Part shown: positions 28,375-37,379 of the stretch, piece by piece
How positions within the stretch are numbered: position 1 is the first letter of the stretch
Layout of the letters: the number at the start of each line of letters is the position of its first letter
Source of the DNA: an uncultured Methanosarcinales archaeon
GTDB lineage: Archaea > Nanobdellota > Nanobdellia > Woesearchaeales > GW2011-AR9
Direction of reading: 5' to 3'
Assembly: GCA_964343575.1 (NCBI GenBank)
Contig: CAYFJV010000001.1
Coordinates: forward strand, 534,705 to 598,704
DNA: 64,000 nucleotides
Position numbers and translations under genes: made by a program
Notes under the pieces: generated by a model
The model's input: only the letters and a program-made list of their open reading frames with translations
The model's database searches: none
Told to the model about the DNA's origin: nothing

Positions 28375-29303
28375 AGTCTGATCAGCTCTCTTGCAAGTTT
28401 TTTTGAATCATAACGGATAAGTAAAGGATTGTTTTCCTCATTCAGATTGGCAAGCACTGCTCTTGGGTCTTGAAGCATATCAAAGACCACGGGAAACTGC
28501 TGCTCTTGCCGATAGCGTTGGAGTAAGGAGGAGTTTATATGCCCTTCGTTAAAAAGAACAAAGTCAATTCTTCTTTGGATGTACTTTTCGACCTCAGTTA
28601 CAAACTTAGAACAAGTGTAACCATCAGTCTCGCCTTTTTTGGTCATAGCATTACAAACATGAATTATTTTGGCTGAACTGTTTTGCAAGGCTTGGGGGAT
28701 TCCTTCTACAAGAAGATTAGGAATTAAGCTCGTATAAAGATCTCCGGGAGCTAAAACAATAAGATCAGCTTCGCTTATTGCAAGGAGTGCTTCCGGGTTT
28801 GCCTTAGCTTTTGGAGAGAGATACACCTTTTGAATCGCTGCACGGTTCTCTGTTTTAGGCACACAGATATTGTCTTCTTCTTCTATTGTTGTTCCATCAA
28901 TCAACTCAGCATAAAGGTGTGCATCATCTGTTGATACAGGGATTACTTTTCCTTGAAGGTTAAGTAATTGTGAGAGTTTTTGAATTCCAATAACAAGAGA
29001 ACCATAATTTTGCTGCGCTGCAGTAATGAGAAGATTACCCAAAGAGTGGTTGTCCGCTGCGCCGTTAAAGCGAAAGGCAAAAAGATCACTAAGAGCGTTC
29101 TCTTGATCTTCATCGGCTAGGGCAAGAAGGCATCTTCGTATATCTCCTGGAGGGAGAACGCCAAGATCAGTTCTCAGTTTTCCAGTGCTTCCCCCAGAAT
29201 CAAACATACTTACTATGGAAGAAATTTGCAGGGGATAGGCCTTGAGTCCCTTAAGTACAGTGTATGAACCCGCTCCACCGCCGATGACCACAACCTTCCT
29301 CAT
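28368..29303 (-). CDS. YvcK/GlmR (UPF0052, CofD-like) protein
   Basis: VVIGGGAG, DSGGSTG.LR, PPGDIR, HSLGNL, PGDLYTSLIPNL and TKKGET motifs. Confidence 0.9.
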   Translation of the reverse strand: MRKVVVIGGGAGSYTVLKGLKAYPLQISSIVSMFDSGGSTGKLRTDLGVLPPGDIRRCLLALADEDQENALSDLFAFRFNGAADNHSLGNLLITAAQQNYGSLVIGIQKLSQLLNLQGKVIPVSTDDAHLYAELIDGTTIEEEDNICVPKTENRAAIQKVYLSPKAKANPEALLAISEADLIVLAPGDLYTSLIPNLLVEGIPQALQNSSAKIIHVCNAMTKKGETDGYTCSKFVTEVEKYIQRRIDFVLFNEGHINSSLLQRYRQEQQFPVVFDMLQDPRAVLANLNEENNPLLIRYDSKKLARELIRLC

Positions 29304-29475
29304 GGCTTGGGAGGGAGAAATGCGCTTTTTAAGGCTTGTGAAAGCTCTTTTGCTCATTTTTGACCTTTTTTTATGAGATAGAGGTAAGGCAAGAGGCAAT
29401 AAGAGGTATTTTCTTGGAAATAAAGGAGATTCCCAATCAAAATATTTATAAATGAACCATTGTCTTGGCCCTGTT

Positions 29476-29919
29476 ATGACTCATATTAACTTGGTGAACC
29501 CAAACGAGCTTGTAAAACGTTCTGCAGATGAACTTAAGAAGGGAACTTTAGTTCAACCTTTGGAGTGGAGCAAGTTTGTAAAGACTGGGCACCACAAAGA
29601 AAGGCTTCCAGACAGTGATGATTGGTGGTACTCTCGAAGCGCAGCAATTTTGCGAACCGTTGCTTTGAAAGGGCCCATCGGAACTGAGAAGATGCGTACC
29701 AAATTTGGTGGTAAGAAAAACCGTGGCCACAAGCCAGAGCGATTCTATAAGGCATCAGGAAACATCATCCGAAAAATCTTACAGCAGCTTGAGCAGTCAG
29801 GTCTTGTTCAGCAAGCTGAGAAAGGTGTGCACAAAGGACGTGTGCTTACTCCAAAAGGAGTTTCTTTCTTAGATAAGATTGCGGTGCAGATTGCAAAAGA
29901 AGCAAGTGCTAAGAAATGA
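29476..29919 (+). CDS. rps19e: 30S ribosomal protein S19e
   Basis: WSKFVKTG.HKERLP..DWWY.R; GNIIRKILQQLE. Confidence 0.96.
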   Translation: MTHINLVNPNELVKRSADELKKGTLVQPLEWSKFVKTGHHKERLPDSDDWWYSRSAAILRTVALKGPIGTEKMRTKFGGKKNRGHKPERFYKASGNIIRKILQQLEQSGLVQQAEKGVHKGRVLTPKGVSFLDKIAVQIAKEASAKK

Positions 29920-29947
29920 GTTGGAATGAGTATAACAGGTTATAATT

Positions 29948-30121
29948 ATGGCGAGACACAAACATCCTTCCAAAAAAAAGCGGTTAATTAAGTTAGGAAG
30001 ACAAACAAAATGGGCTCCTTTCTGGACAGCTTTGAAGGCTTATGGGAAAGGAAAACGTGTACACCCTTCAAGACTCACCAAAGTCAAAAGAAACTGGAGG
30101 AGAACCAGTACCAAGGCATAG
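29948..30121 (+). CDS. rpl39e: 50S ribosomal protein L39e (57 aa; absent from the ORF track)
   Basis: Manual translation MARHKHPSKKKRLIKLGRQTKWAPFW...KRNWRRTSTKA; between rps19e and rpl31e. Confidence 0.9.
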   Translation: MARHKHPSKKKRLIKLGRQTKWAPFWTALKAYGKGKRVHPSRLTKVKRNWRRTSTKA

Positions 30122-30153
30122 TCTTTGGTAAACTTTTAATTCAAACTTTTAAA

Positions 30154-30576
30154 ATGGCAAAAAAAGCAGCTGCACAGGAAATTGAGCGAACCTATACTAT
30201 TCCTTTACGTAAGGAATTTCGTAAGGTGCCTAACTGGAGACAAACCAAGAAGGCAGTGAAAGCTGTTCGTGAGTACTTACAAAAGCATATGAAATCTGAG
30301 AAGGTGCTTTTAGGTAAGGCGCTTAATGAAAAACTCTGGCAGCATGGTATTCGTAACCCACCTCACAAAGTAAAAGTGAGTGTTTCTAAAGATAAAGAAG
30401 GCGTAGTGAAAGCTGATTTGTTTGGTGTGAAGGAAGCAGTTCCTGCTAAAAAGAAAGCAAAGCCAGTGAAGAAAGAGGCTAAAGCTCCTGCGAAAAAAGT
30501 AGAAGCTACCGAGAGTAAAAAAGAAACTCCAGCCGTAGTTGAAAGTACACCTGCTTCTGAAGTAAAGAAGGAATAA
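30154..30576 (+). CDS. rpl31e: 50S ribosomal protein L31e with Lys/Ala/Glu-rich tail
   Basis: ERTYTIPLR...KAVK.VR..L.KHMK...LNE.LW.HGI.NPP. Confidence 0.95.
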   Translation: MAKKAAAQEIERTYTIPLRKEFRKVPNWRQTKKAVKAVREYLQKHMKSEKVLLGKALNEKLWQHGIRNPPHKVKVSVSKDKEGVVKADLFGVKEAVPAKKKAKPVKKEAKAPAKKVEATESKKETPAVVESTPASEVKKE

Positions 30577-30618
30577 TTCTTTTAGTGTGTTTGATCTTTT
30601 GTTAATAATCTTGCTTGT

Positions 30619-31656
30619 TTAGTGATGTCTTTCTTGTCTTGCAGCTTCAACATTTAGAACTTTTCGATACAAAGATTCTACGCTGGGATCGTCTCGTAGC
30701 AAGCCTAAGGAGTTGACAAGACCCCTTTCTAAAACCGCTTCAACTTCTCGGTTTATTCGATCTAATTCGTAGTCCACGCCCATTGCTGCATAGGCTAAAA
30801 AGACATTTGCAAGATCGATTATGGTAAAGTTTGGCATTCCTGACCCTCCTGGATGTCTTCGCATTTGTGCAATGCTCAGTGATCTTTGGATGTCTGTCCT
30901 CATTCTATGATATGCAGGAACCCTCTCTGCAAGATGCAATGCAGTTTCAAGATGTCTTTCTGCATAACAAAGACCACCGGATCCCAAATCCTCCATAGCA
31001 ATCCTTGCTTCACCCCGTTCTAAAGAGATAAGTGGGTCCCTTTTTCCTCTTTGAAATTGTAATTTCTGAAGGCGTGATCCTAAATCATAGGCAGATTCTG
31101 GATCTCCCCCTCTTCGAAGCAGGACCATTCTTCGAATATTTGCAAAATCTAAACCGTCTTGTCTTCTCAACTCTTGGTACATTTTTGCACTTGCATTAAG
31201 GTGGCTTTCTGCTCCCCTCAAATCATCTTTTCCATCTGTTCTAAGAGTATAAAGAGAAGCTAAGTTGCTTGCCACGCTTGCTTTGCGAGATTTAACTCCC
31301 CTCTCTAACTTTTCATTGTCTGGATCAACTTCGGCTAGAAGGTCAAGAGCAAAAAAGTAAAGCTCACTTGCTCTTTCCCACTTTCCCCAATCACAAAAAG
31401 CACGTCCTTGAGCATCTATGGCTGCTGCCATTGCCAGGTTTTCCTGATCTGTTCTTTGGGGAAGTTTTCTATAGAAGCCAGCTGATCGCTCTGCTATTAA
31501 AACCGCAGGATGATAATCTCCTTGAAGACGAGCTTGCCTACTAGCAAGGATAAGCATCCAATCATACCTCACAAGGGTTGAAGTAAGGCGGATAAGATCA
31601 GGATGATGGTCAGCACATTCTCTAATTCTCTGTCTTGAGAAGAGTTTTTCAAGCAT
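30619..31656 (-). CDS. Hypothetical TPR-like helical repeat protein
   Basis: Repeated A/G-x-A..G..E.A..Y..AL helix patterns; orphan with its own TATA-like element. Confidence 0.6.
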   Translation of the reverse strand: MLEKLFSRQRIRECADHHPDLIRLTSTLVRYDWMLILASRQARLQGDYHPAVLIAERSAGFYRKLPQRTDQENLAMAAAIDAQGRAFCDWGKWERASELYFFALDLLAEVDPDNEKLERGVKSRKASVASNLASLYTLRTDGKDDLRGAESHLNASAKMYQELRRQDGLDFANIRRMVLLRRGGDPESAYDLGSRLQKLQFQRGKRDPLISLERGEARIAMEDLGSGGLCYAERHLETALHLAERVPAYHRMRTDIQRSLSIAQMRRHPGGSGMPNFTIIDLANVFLAYAAMGVDYELDRINREVEAVLERGLVNSLGLLRDDPSVESLYRKVLNVEAARQERHH

Positions 31657-31758
31657 AATCTCTTATTTTTCTCTTTTTTTATAAAAATTTACAACCCAGA
31701 GAAGAGATTGGGAAAAATTAGTAAGATTCTTAAAAAGAGTAAAGATCTGGGAGAAATA

Positions 31759-32592
31759 ATGGTAAATCCACTCACGCATGCTTATTTTTCCTTACGATTA
31801 ATGGAAGAGGAAGGCCTCAGTCAAGAAGAAGAAGATCACCTTATTGTTGGTAGCTTACTTCCTGATATTCATCTTTCTGGAATGATTGAATACCACAAAA
31901 CACACACCAGAAGTAAAGAGTTCTTTGAATACGTTGCTGAGCATCTACACAAAATTTCAGCACTTGGAATTGTTATGCATGCTGAAAAACCATTTGGTAT
32001 TGATCATTACACTCACAAATATGATGGCTTTATTCAGCAAAATAGTAAGGATGTTGAAGCACTTGCTAAAAAGTATAGAGATAGTATTGGTAAAATCGAT
32101 ATGCTTACGGTGCATTTTCTCATTGAGTACACTGTTGATCATATTTTGGCAAGGAAAAATCCGCAACTGATCGAGAAAGTAACTCGCGCAGTAAGAAATC
32201 CTCGCATGGTACGAGTGGTCACTGCCTTTGCTTCTTTTCATGAGATGAGTGAGAAAAAAAACAAGAGACTTATTGCTTTGCTTGGAAAAAAACAACTACT
32301 CAAATTCTTCGAGAATTTTGCAAGCCCAGAAGGAACTTCTCAAAACTGGCTCAGTGTAAAGTTTTACCGAGAACTTAAAGATGAAAAAGCGCTTCCTTTA
32401 CGTGAGAAGATGAAACGTTTAGCAAAGTTTTCTTACTACAATATTAAACGAAAGATCAATGATGAAAAGATAAGTCAGTTTTTTACTGAGCTTGCTGAGC
32501 TTCTTGAGCCGCGGGCAGTAGAGTTTTTGGCTGAAGTTGAAGAAAAAGTGAGGCCACTCAAAAATGAGTACTGGGCAAAGATTCATCATTAA
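31759..32592 (+). CDS. Zinc-dependent phospholipase C/nuclease P1-like fold protein
   Basis: N-terminal THAYF, GSLLPD, H..TH, DHYTH and H..EY.VD metal-ligand pattern. Confidence 0.6.
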   Translation: MVNPLTHAYFSLRLMEEEGLSQEEEDHLIVGSLLPDIHLSGMIEYHKTHTRSKEFFEYVAEHLHKISALGIVMHAEKPFGIDHYTHKYDGFIQQNSKDVEALAKKYRDSIGKIDMLTVHFLIEYTVDHILARKNPQLIEKVTRAVRNPRMVRVVTAFASFHEMSEKKNKRLIALLGKKQLLKFFENFASPEGTSQNWLSVKFYRELKDEKALPLREKMKRLAKFSYYNIKRKINDEKISQFFTELAELLEPRAVEFLAEVEEKVRPLKNEYWAKIHH

Positions 32593-33505
32593 GGAAGAAG
32601 TTGGGGAGATTGGCCAAGATCCCTTCAAACGCAGTACTGAGCAGCTTGTTTCTTTTGGCATTGTAAACATTGATAAACCAAAGGGACCTACAAGCCACCA
32701 GACTTCTGATTTTGTCAAAAAAATTCTTGGTGTGAAGAAGGCAGGACATAGTGGGACGCTTGATCCTGCAGTTACGGGAGTACAACCAGTTGCACTTGGC
32801 AATGCAACACGTATTACACAGTTCTTTTTGACCGCTCCGAAAGAATATGTAGGAGTTATGCATCTGCACAAAGAAGTTTCTGAAGAAAAAATTCGTTTGA
32901 TGGTTGAGGAGTTTTTGGGAAAAATTCGTCAATTGCCTCCGATAAAAAGTGCCGTAAAGCGTCAGGAAAGAACACGCGAGATCTACTCCTTTGATCTGCT
33001 TGAAATTGATGGACAAGATGTTTTGTTTAAGGTGCGTTGTCAAGCAGGAACCTACATTCGAAAACTCTGCCATGATTTTGGAAAAAAGTTAGGTGTTGGT
33101 GCGCACATGGCGCAACTTCGTCGCACTGGGGCTGGTCCGCTTAATGAAGAAGATCACCTAGTAACGCTTAATGACTTAGCGGATGCCTATCACTTTTGGA
33201 AAGAGGAAGGAAATGATTCTTTACTTCGTTATTGTATCCAACCGATAGAAGTTGGTGTACGCCACTTGAGAAAGGTTTGGATCTTTGATTCTGCAATTGA
33301 GAGTTTAAGTCATGGTCGTGATCTTGGAGCCCCTGGTGTGAGTATGCTTAATAATTTTAAGAAAGGTGAATTGGTTGCCGTGATGAGCTTGAAAGGAGAA
33401 CTTGTTGCTGTTGGGCAAGCACTGATGTCAGCAGTTGCGATTAATACTGAGCGCAAAGGGCTTGCTGTTGCGGTGAAGAAGGTGTTTTGGCAAGGAGCAC
33501 AATGA
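32564..33505 (+). CDS. cbf5: H/ACA-guided pseudouridine synthase Cbf5
   Basis: DKPKGPTSH, GHSGTLDP, KEYV, Q.PP..SAVKR and GTYIRKL motifs; PUA domain. Confidence 0.96.
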   Translation: MSTGQRFIIKEEVGEIGQDPFKRSTEQLVSFGIVNIDKPKGPTSHQTSDFVKKILGVKKAGHSGTLDPAVTGVQPVALGNATRITQFFLTAPKEYVGVMHLHKEVSEEKIRLMVEEFLGKIRQLPPIKSAVKRQERTREIYSFDLLEIDGQDVLFKVRCQAGTYIRKLCHDFGKKLGVGAHMAQLRRTGAGPLNEEDHLVTLNDLADAYHFWKEEGNDSLLRYCIQPIEVGVRHLRKVWIFDSAIESLSHGRDLGAPGVSMLNNFKKGELVAVMSLKGELVAVGQALMSAVAINTERKGLAVAVKKVFWQGAQ

Positions 33506-34023
33506 CCCAATCACAAACAAGTAGAAGACATCATTATTTTGATTTAGTTAGAGAGGAACAAGGTAGCTCTTGGTTAGAGCGACTTCTTTCTTTTCTTAGA
33601 ACTGAAGAAGCCAGGTCTGAAAGTGCTGAAAACAGGATTGTATACCTAGAAAGAGAGATTATCGTTGATATGCCCGCAATTCCTTTTATGGATCGTAGAG
33701 GAAGGGAAGCACACGAAATTTTTTTTGAGTATTTTGAAGCCCTGTTAGATGTTTGTTTTACAGAAGGGAGAAGATTTTATCTTTGCTTTAGTCCTAGAAG
33801 TTATGATAACACAGTTGCCTGTTTAATGGGCGAAGGTGTTTTGAGAGGAGAGATTTTGTTCTCAGAAGCAGAAGTTTTCTTAAGAAGATTTAGGGAGAGG
33901 GTTTCTCCTCGAGGTTATATTGTTGGAGAAGTGGAACTTAGTCCGGCAGGAAACTATATTAGAATTGATTTAGACACCTTAGCTGAGTTCTATAACCATG
34001 CCCTCCCAACAAGGGTTCACTAA
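33502..34023 (+). CDS. Hypothetical protein
   Basis: ATGA overlap with cbf5; no recognised motif; 45-bp convergent overlap with the next gene. Confidence 0.5.
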   Translation: MTQSQTSRRHHYFDLVREEQGSSWLERLLSFLRTEEARSESAENRIVYLEREIIVDMPAIPFMDRRGREAHEIFFEYFEALLDVCFTEGRRFYLCFSPRSYDNTVACLMGEGVLRGEILFSEAEVFLRRFRERVSPRGYIVGEVELSPAGNYIRIDLDTLAEFYNHALPTRVH

Positions 34024-34575
34024 CTTTATGCTTTCTAATTCATCAATCTCACCAGCAGATTCATGAATGTGCCCAGAGATGACTAATTTTGGCTTAATTC
34101 TTTTGGCAAACTTTCTATAATCAATACTTCCCACATGTTTCTTAGCAACAATGTCAAGCTTAGTGTTGTAAAGAGGCATATGAGTTACTAAAACAATCTT
34201 CTTCTCTTTGTACTTGCCGTACCATTGTCTTGCAAGAGCCCTGAACTCAGGATCTTTTTGTGCAAAACCTCCGCCACCGTAGAAGAGAAAAACATAATCC
34301 TCAATTTCTAAGACTTGTTTGTGCATGTCATGACAATATTCGTAATCTTTAATCGCTTCTGCGTAACCTTCATCTTCCTCATGATTTCCAGGAATGATAT
34401 AAATCGGTTTTTTGAGTTCGTTGACTTTTTTTAGTGTAGGTTTTAACCCACTTCCAAAGTTGCTGAAATCTCCTGCAATGATGACAAAATCAATATCATC
34501 TTCCTTAGCTCTTGCTACTAGTTTTTTGAGCTGATCAAAGTCCTCATGTATATCTGAAAAGGTAAGAAACTTCAT
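33979..34575 (-). CDS. Calcineurin-like metallophosphoesterase
   Basis: SDIH, AGD, PGNHE, THMP and GHIHE motifs. Confidence 0.92.
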   Translation of the reverse strand: MKFLTFSDIHEDFDQLKKLVARAKEDDIDFVIIAGDFSNFGSGLKPTLKKVNELKKPIYIIPGNHEEDEGYAEAIKDYEYCHDMHKQVLEIEDYVFLFYGGGGFAQKDPEFRALARQWYGKYKEKKIVLVTHMPLYNTKLDIVAKKHVGSIDYRKFAKRIKPKLVISGHIHESAGEIDELESIKLVNPCWEGMVIELS

Positions 34576-34623
34576 TTTGCTTTGGTTTTAGATTCTGGGA
34601 AAGGAAAAGAGAGAAAAAGAAAA

Positions 34624-35382
34624 TTATTCAGAAGCGGGTACTTCTTCTTGTTTTTCTTCGCTTTCTTCAATAGTTTCTTCTCCTTGCTCAGCATCTTGCT
34701 GCTCTTCAAGTTCAGGAGCAGCTTGCTCTTCTTGAGCTGCCTGTTCTTCTTGTTCTTGAACTGGCTGCTCTTGCTCTGTTGCATCAATAACAGTAGTTTT
34801 TCCTTCATCAAGAAGTCTTAGAGAACGTACTGCAAACTCTTTTACAGGATAAATCGGATTAAGTTTCTTCTTGATTCCTGGCTGAATCCTTTTCGTAGTA
34901 AGCTGGCTTACCAAATCTGCAAAAGCTCTTTGGCTAATTTCTTTTCCAAGAAGTTCTTTTGCCGCATTTTGTAACATAACTCCAGTAGATCTTTTGTTCC
35001 TGTAAAGCGCAAGGATAAGTGTTTTTACCTGTACCTTCTGCCCATCTTTAGTAGTGAAATACCAAACATTATCAATTCTTGAAGAACGTTTTCGCACCAT
35101 CCTTTTTACAGAAGCAGCAACAAGGTTGTAACCCACTACTTTTGTTTCAAGAACAGATGCTTTCAAATTGTGAATTTTAAGGGTGATTTCTACCTTTTGA
35201 TCTCGAATGGATCCAGTAAGGTCCCTTAAGTTGATGGTCATTACTCTCCCAAGTGCCAATTCAGCTTTAGTAAGGTAAGTTTCTCCCACTTCTTTTTTTC
35301 CAAAGATGCTTGGTGCTTGAATTTTGAACCAGGTTTTTTTCTTAACTTTAATTTTTGCTTGTTTTTTTGGTTTTTTTGCCAT
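34624..35382 (-). CDS. rps3ae: 30S ribosomal protein S3Ae (eS1) with acidic Glu/Gln-rich tail
   Basis: KKTWFKIQAP.IFG...GET, GR, R.VRKR.SRID and IYPV motifs. Confidence 0.9.
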   Translation of the reverse strand: MAKKPKKQAKIKVKKKTWFKIQAPSIFGKKEVGETYLTKAELALGRVMTINLRDLTGSIRDQKVEITLKIHNLKASVLETKVVGYNLVAASVKRMVRKRSSRIDNVWYFTTKDGQKVQVKTLILALYRNKRSTGVMLQNAAKELLGKEISQRAFADLVSQLTTKRIQPGIKKKLNPIYPVKEFAVRSLRLLDEGKTTVIDATEQEQPVQEQEEQAAQEEQAAPELEEQQDAEQGEETIEESEEKQEEVPASE

Positions 35383-35611
35383 TTTCTTTTTCGCAAAGCT
35401 CTTTTTCGTGAGGGTCGCTGGCTTTTGGCCTAGCCCCAGAGTTTGATGACTTTACGCCTCATCGTTTTTGGAGGGCGATCTGGCATTTTCTTCTTTGATG
35501 CCAGTTGAGCTGTTTTGGGTAGGGGTGTTTTATAAAGGTTTCTGAGCCCAGAATAGGTTTTGAACTTCAAGAAGCTCCTTGTTTTTGAAAGTTTTGAGGC
35601 AGAGTGAAGGC

Positions 35612-36664
35612 CTAGTTCTTAAAGAGATTTTTGAACTGGCCAGAGGTCTCTCTTAAAAGGTCGTCCTGTTCTCCGATACCAAAGGGTAAAATAGCTATAA
35701 TTTCCACATTTTCTGGAAACCCAAGAGTTAGTTCATTAAGCTGGCTTTTAAGGTGGTTGGCGCTGGTTGCCAAAAAATTGAGCTTATAATCAAACTCTCC
35801 AAGAAGGTAACGATTGAGAAAGATAATGTATCTACTTTGATGGCTAAGGAATTCTTCGAACCTCTCTTTGCTGTTCCTTTCATCTTCGCTAAAGTTGAGA
35901 AGAACTTCAAAGACATTGAGATTATTGTAGTTAAGTGCTCCAATTCTTGCATAAATATGAAAACCGGTGATGATATCCCTTTCTTGAAGAGACTTGAAAA
36001 AAGATTTTGTTCTTTTGTAACTGAATTTTGTTTTTCTTGAGAGTTCTAAGATACTTGCATCTGGTTTTTGATAGAGTATTCTTAAGAAGTGTTTTTCTTC
36101 GTCAGTGAGTTGATAAAGCTTGTTATCTTTCTTTTTTTGTTTAGTGTTTATCCTTCCTAAGGACTTTATCTCTTGGTCGGTAAGAATTGCTTTGTAGGGA
36201 AGAGTTTTTTGGTAGAGCATTCTTTGATAACTGGTCTTAGAGACCTTGTTTCTTATTACCTTCCTGATTTTGGATACTATCTCCTCAATCTCTTTCACTG
36301 ATTTCCCATAAAAGTAGACCATGGTGTCATAAGATCCGAAAAAGTAGCCAGTTCTAAGAACCCCCTTGACCTTCCTTAACTTCAACACAAGCTTATTAGC
36401 TTCGTCAGATGAGCACTTGAATTTAATGAAAACAGAGTAGTACTCATAACCTACTTTGTCGAAATCTACGAACAGGTTTATTTTTCTGATTGCCTTTTTC
36501 TTGTGTAGTCTATTGAGGGCATACTGCACCATCTCCCGACTGCAGCCAACCCTTTTAGCAACTTCAGTTACAGACATACGGGCATCTAAACGCAGTAAGT
36601 AGAGAATCTTTCTTTCTCTAAGGCTCAGCTTGAGATTCTTTCGTTCTTTTCCTTTTTCTTCCAT
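35612..36664 (-). CDS. Tandem (double) Lrp/AsnC-family regulator
   Basis: Two wHTH+RAM units (ILYLL..DARMS.TEVAK.VG.S; IL...PDAS..ELSRK). Confidence 0.85.
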   Translation of the reverse strand: MEEKGKERKNLKLSLRERKILYLLRLDARMSVTEVAKRVGCSREMVQYALNRLHKKKAIRKINLFVDFDKVGYEYYSVFIKFKCSSDEANKLVLKLRKVKGVLRTGYFFGSYDTMVYFYGKSVKEIEEIVSKIRKVIRNKVSKTSYQRMLYQKTLPYKAILTDQEIKSLGRINTKQKKKDNKLYQLTDEEKHFLRILYQKPDASILELSRKTKFSYKRTKSFFKSLQERDIITGFHIYARIGALNYNNLNVFEVLLNFSEDERNSKERFEEFLSHQSRYIIFLNRYLLGEFDYKLNFLATSANHLKSQLNELTLGFPENVEIIAILPFGIGEQDDLLRETSGQFKNLFKN

Positions 36665-36742
36665 TTATAGCATGAAAAAGAGAAATAAGTAAAGAATTTT
36701 ATGAAAATATTTTATATATTTGTATTTGTTTCCTACTTTAAA

Positions 36743-37183
36743 ATGAAGGCCACAGAAAAAGATTTACTTATCATCTCTCGACTTCGAGAACATTCAAGAG
36801 AGAGTTTAACTTCAATGAGTAAAAAGACAGGTATTCCCATCTCCACCTTGTTTGATAGGTTGAGAAGTCTCAAACCAGTAAAGAGATATACAGTTTTACT
36901 TGACTTTGAACAATTAGGCTATTCTGTGCATGCCTTTGTCCTCTTAAAAGTTAACTTTGAGAAGAATAGTGATGTGAAGAAGCACCTCTGTTCTCACAGC
37001 CAGATAAATTCTTTGTACAAAACTAACAACGGCTTTACCTTCTTGGTTGAGGGAGTGTTTGAATCTGTTAGCAATCTTGATGAGTTTATAGAACACCTTC
37101 AGCAAAAGTTTGGAATTGAGAAGTATTCTATCCAATACTCTGTTGAAGAAGTGAAGAGAGAAGGGTTTAGAATAAATCACTAA
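36743..37183 (+). CDS. Lrp/AsnC-family regulator
   Basis: LR..SRESLT.MSKKTGIPISTLFDRL, LLDFEQLGY and INSLYKTNNG motifs. Confidence 0.88.
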   Translation: MKATEKDLLIISRLREHSRESLTSMSKKTGIPISTLFDRLRSLKPVKRYTVLLDFEQLGYSVHAFVLLKVNFEKNSDVKKHLCSHSQINSLYKTNNGFTFLVEGVFESVSNLDEFIEHLQQKFGIEKYSIQYSVEEVKREGFRINH

Positions 37184-37379
37184 AATTTTACTTCTCCTTT
37201 TCTTGTAAATAGATGCCTTTTTTACACACGAAGACAAATTTTTCTTCCTTTTTTCCAATAAATAGCTAATTTGCCCCCAAAATTTGGCTTTAAGATAAAT
37301 TATCTTTTCTAAAAACCATAGAAAAGTATTTATATATGTTTATTTGATGAAAAAGGCAATTAAAAATATTTTTTCTAAA

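Noticed and set aside
30010..30153. N-terminal extension of rpl31e in the ORF track
   Set aside because: It overlaps rpl39e in another frame; the real start is 30154
34572..34821. Low-complexity ORFs on both strands
   Set aside because: Alternative-frame readings of the Glu/Gln-rich eS1 tail
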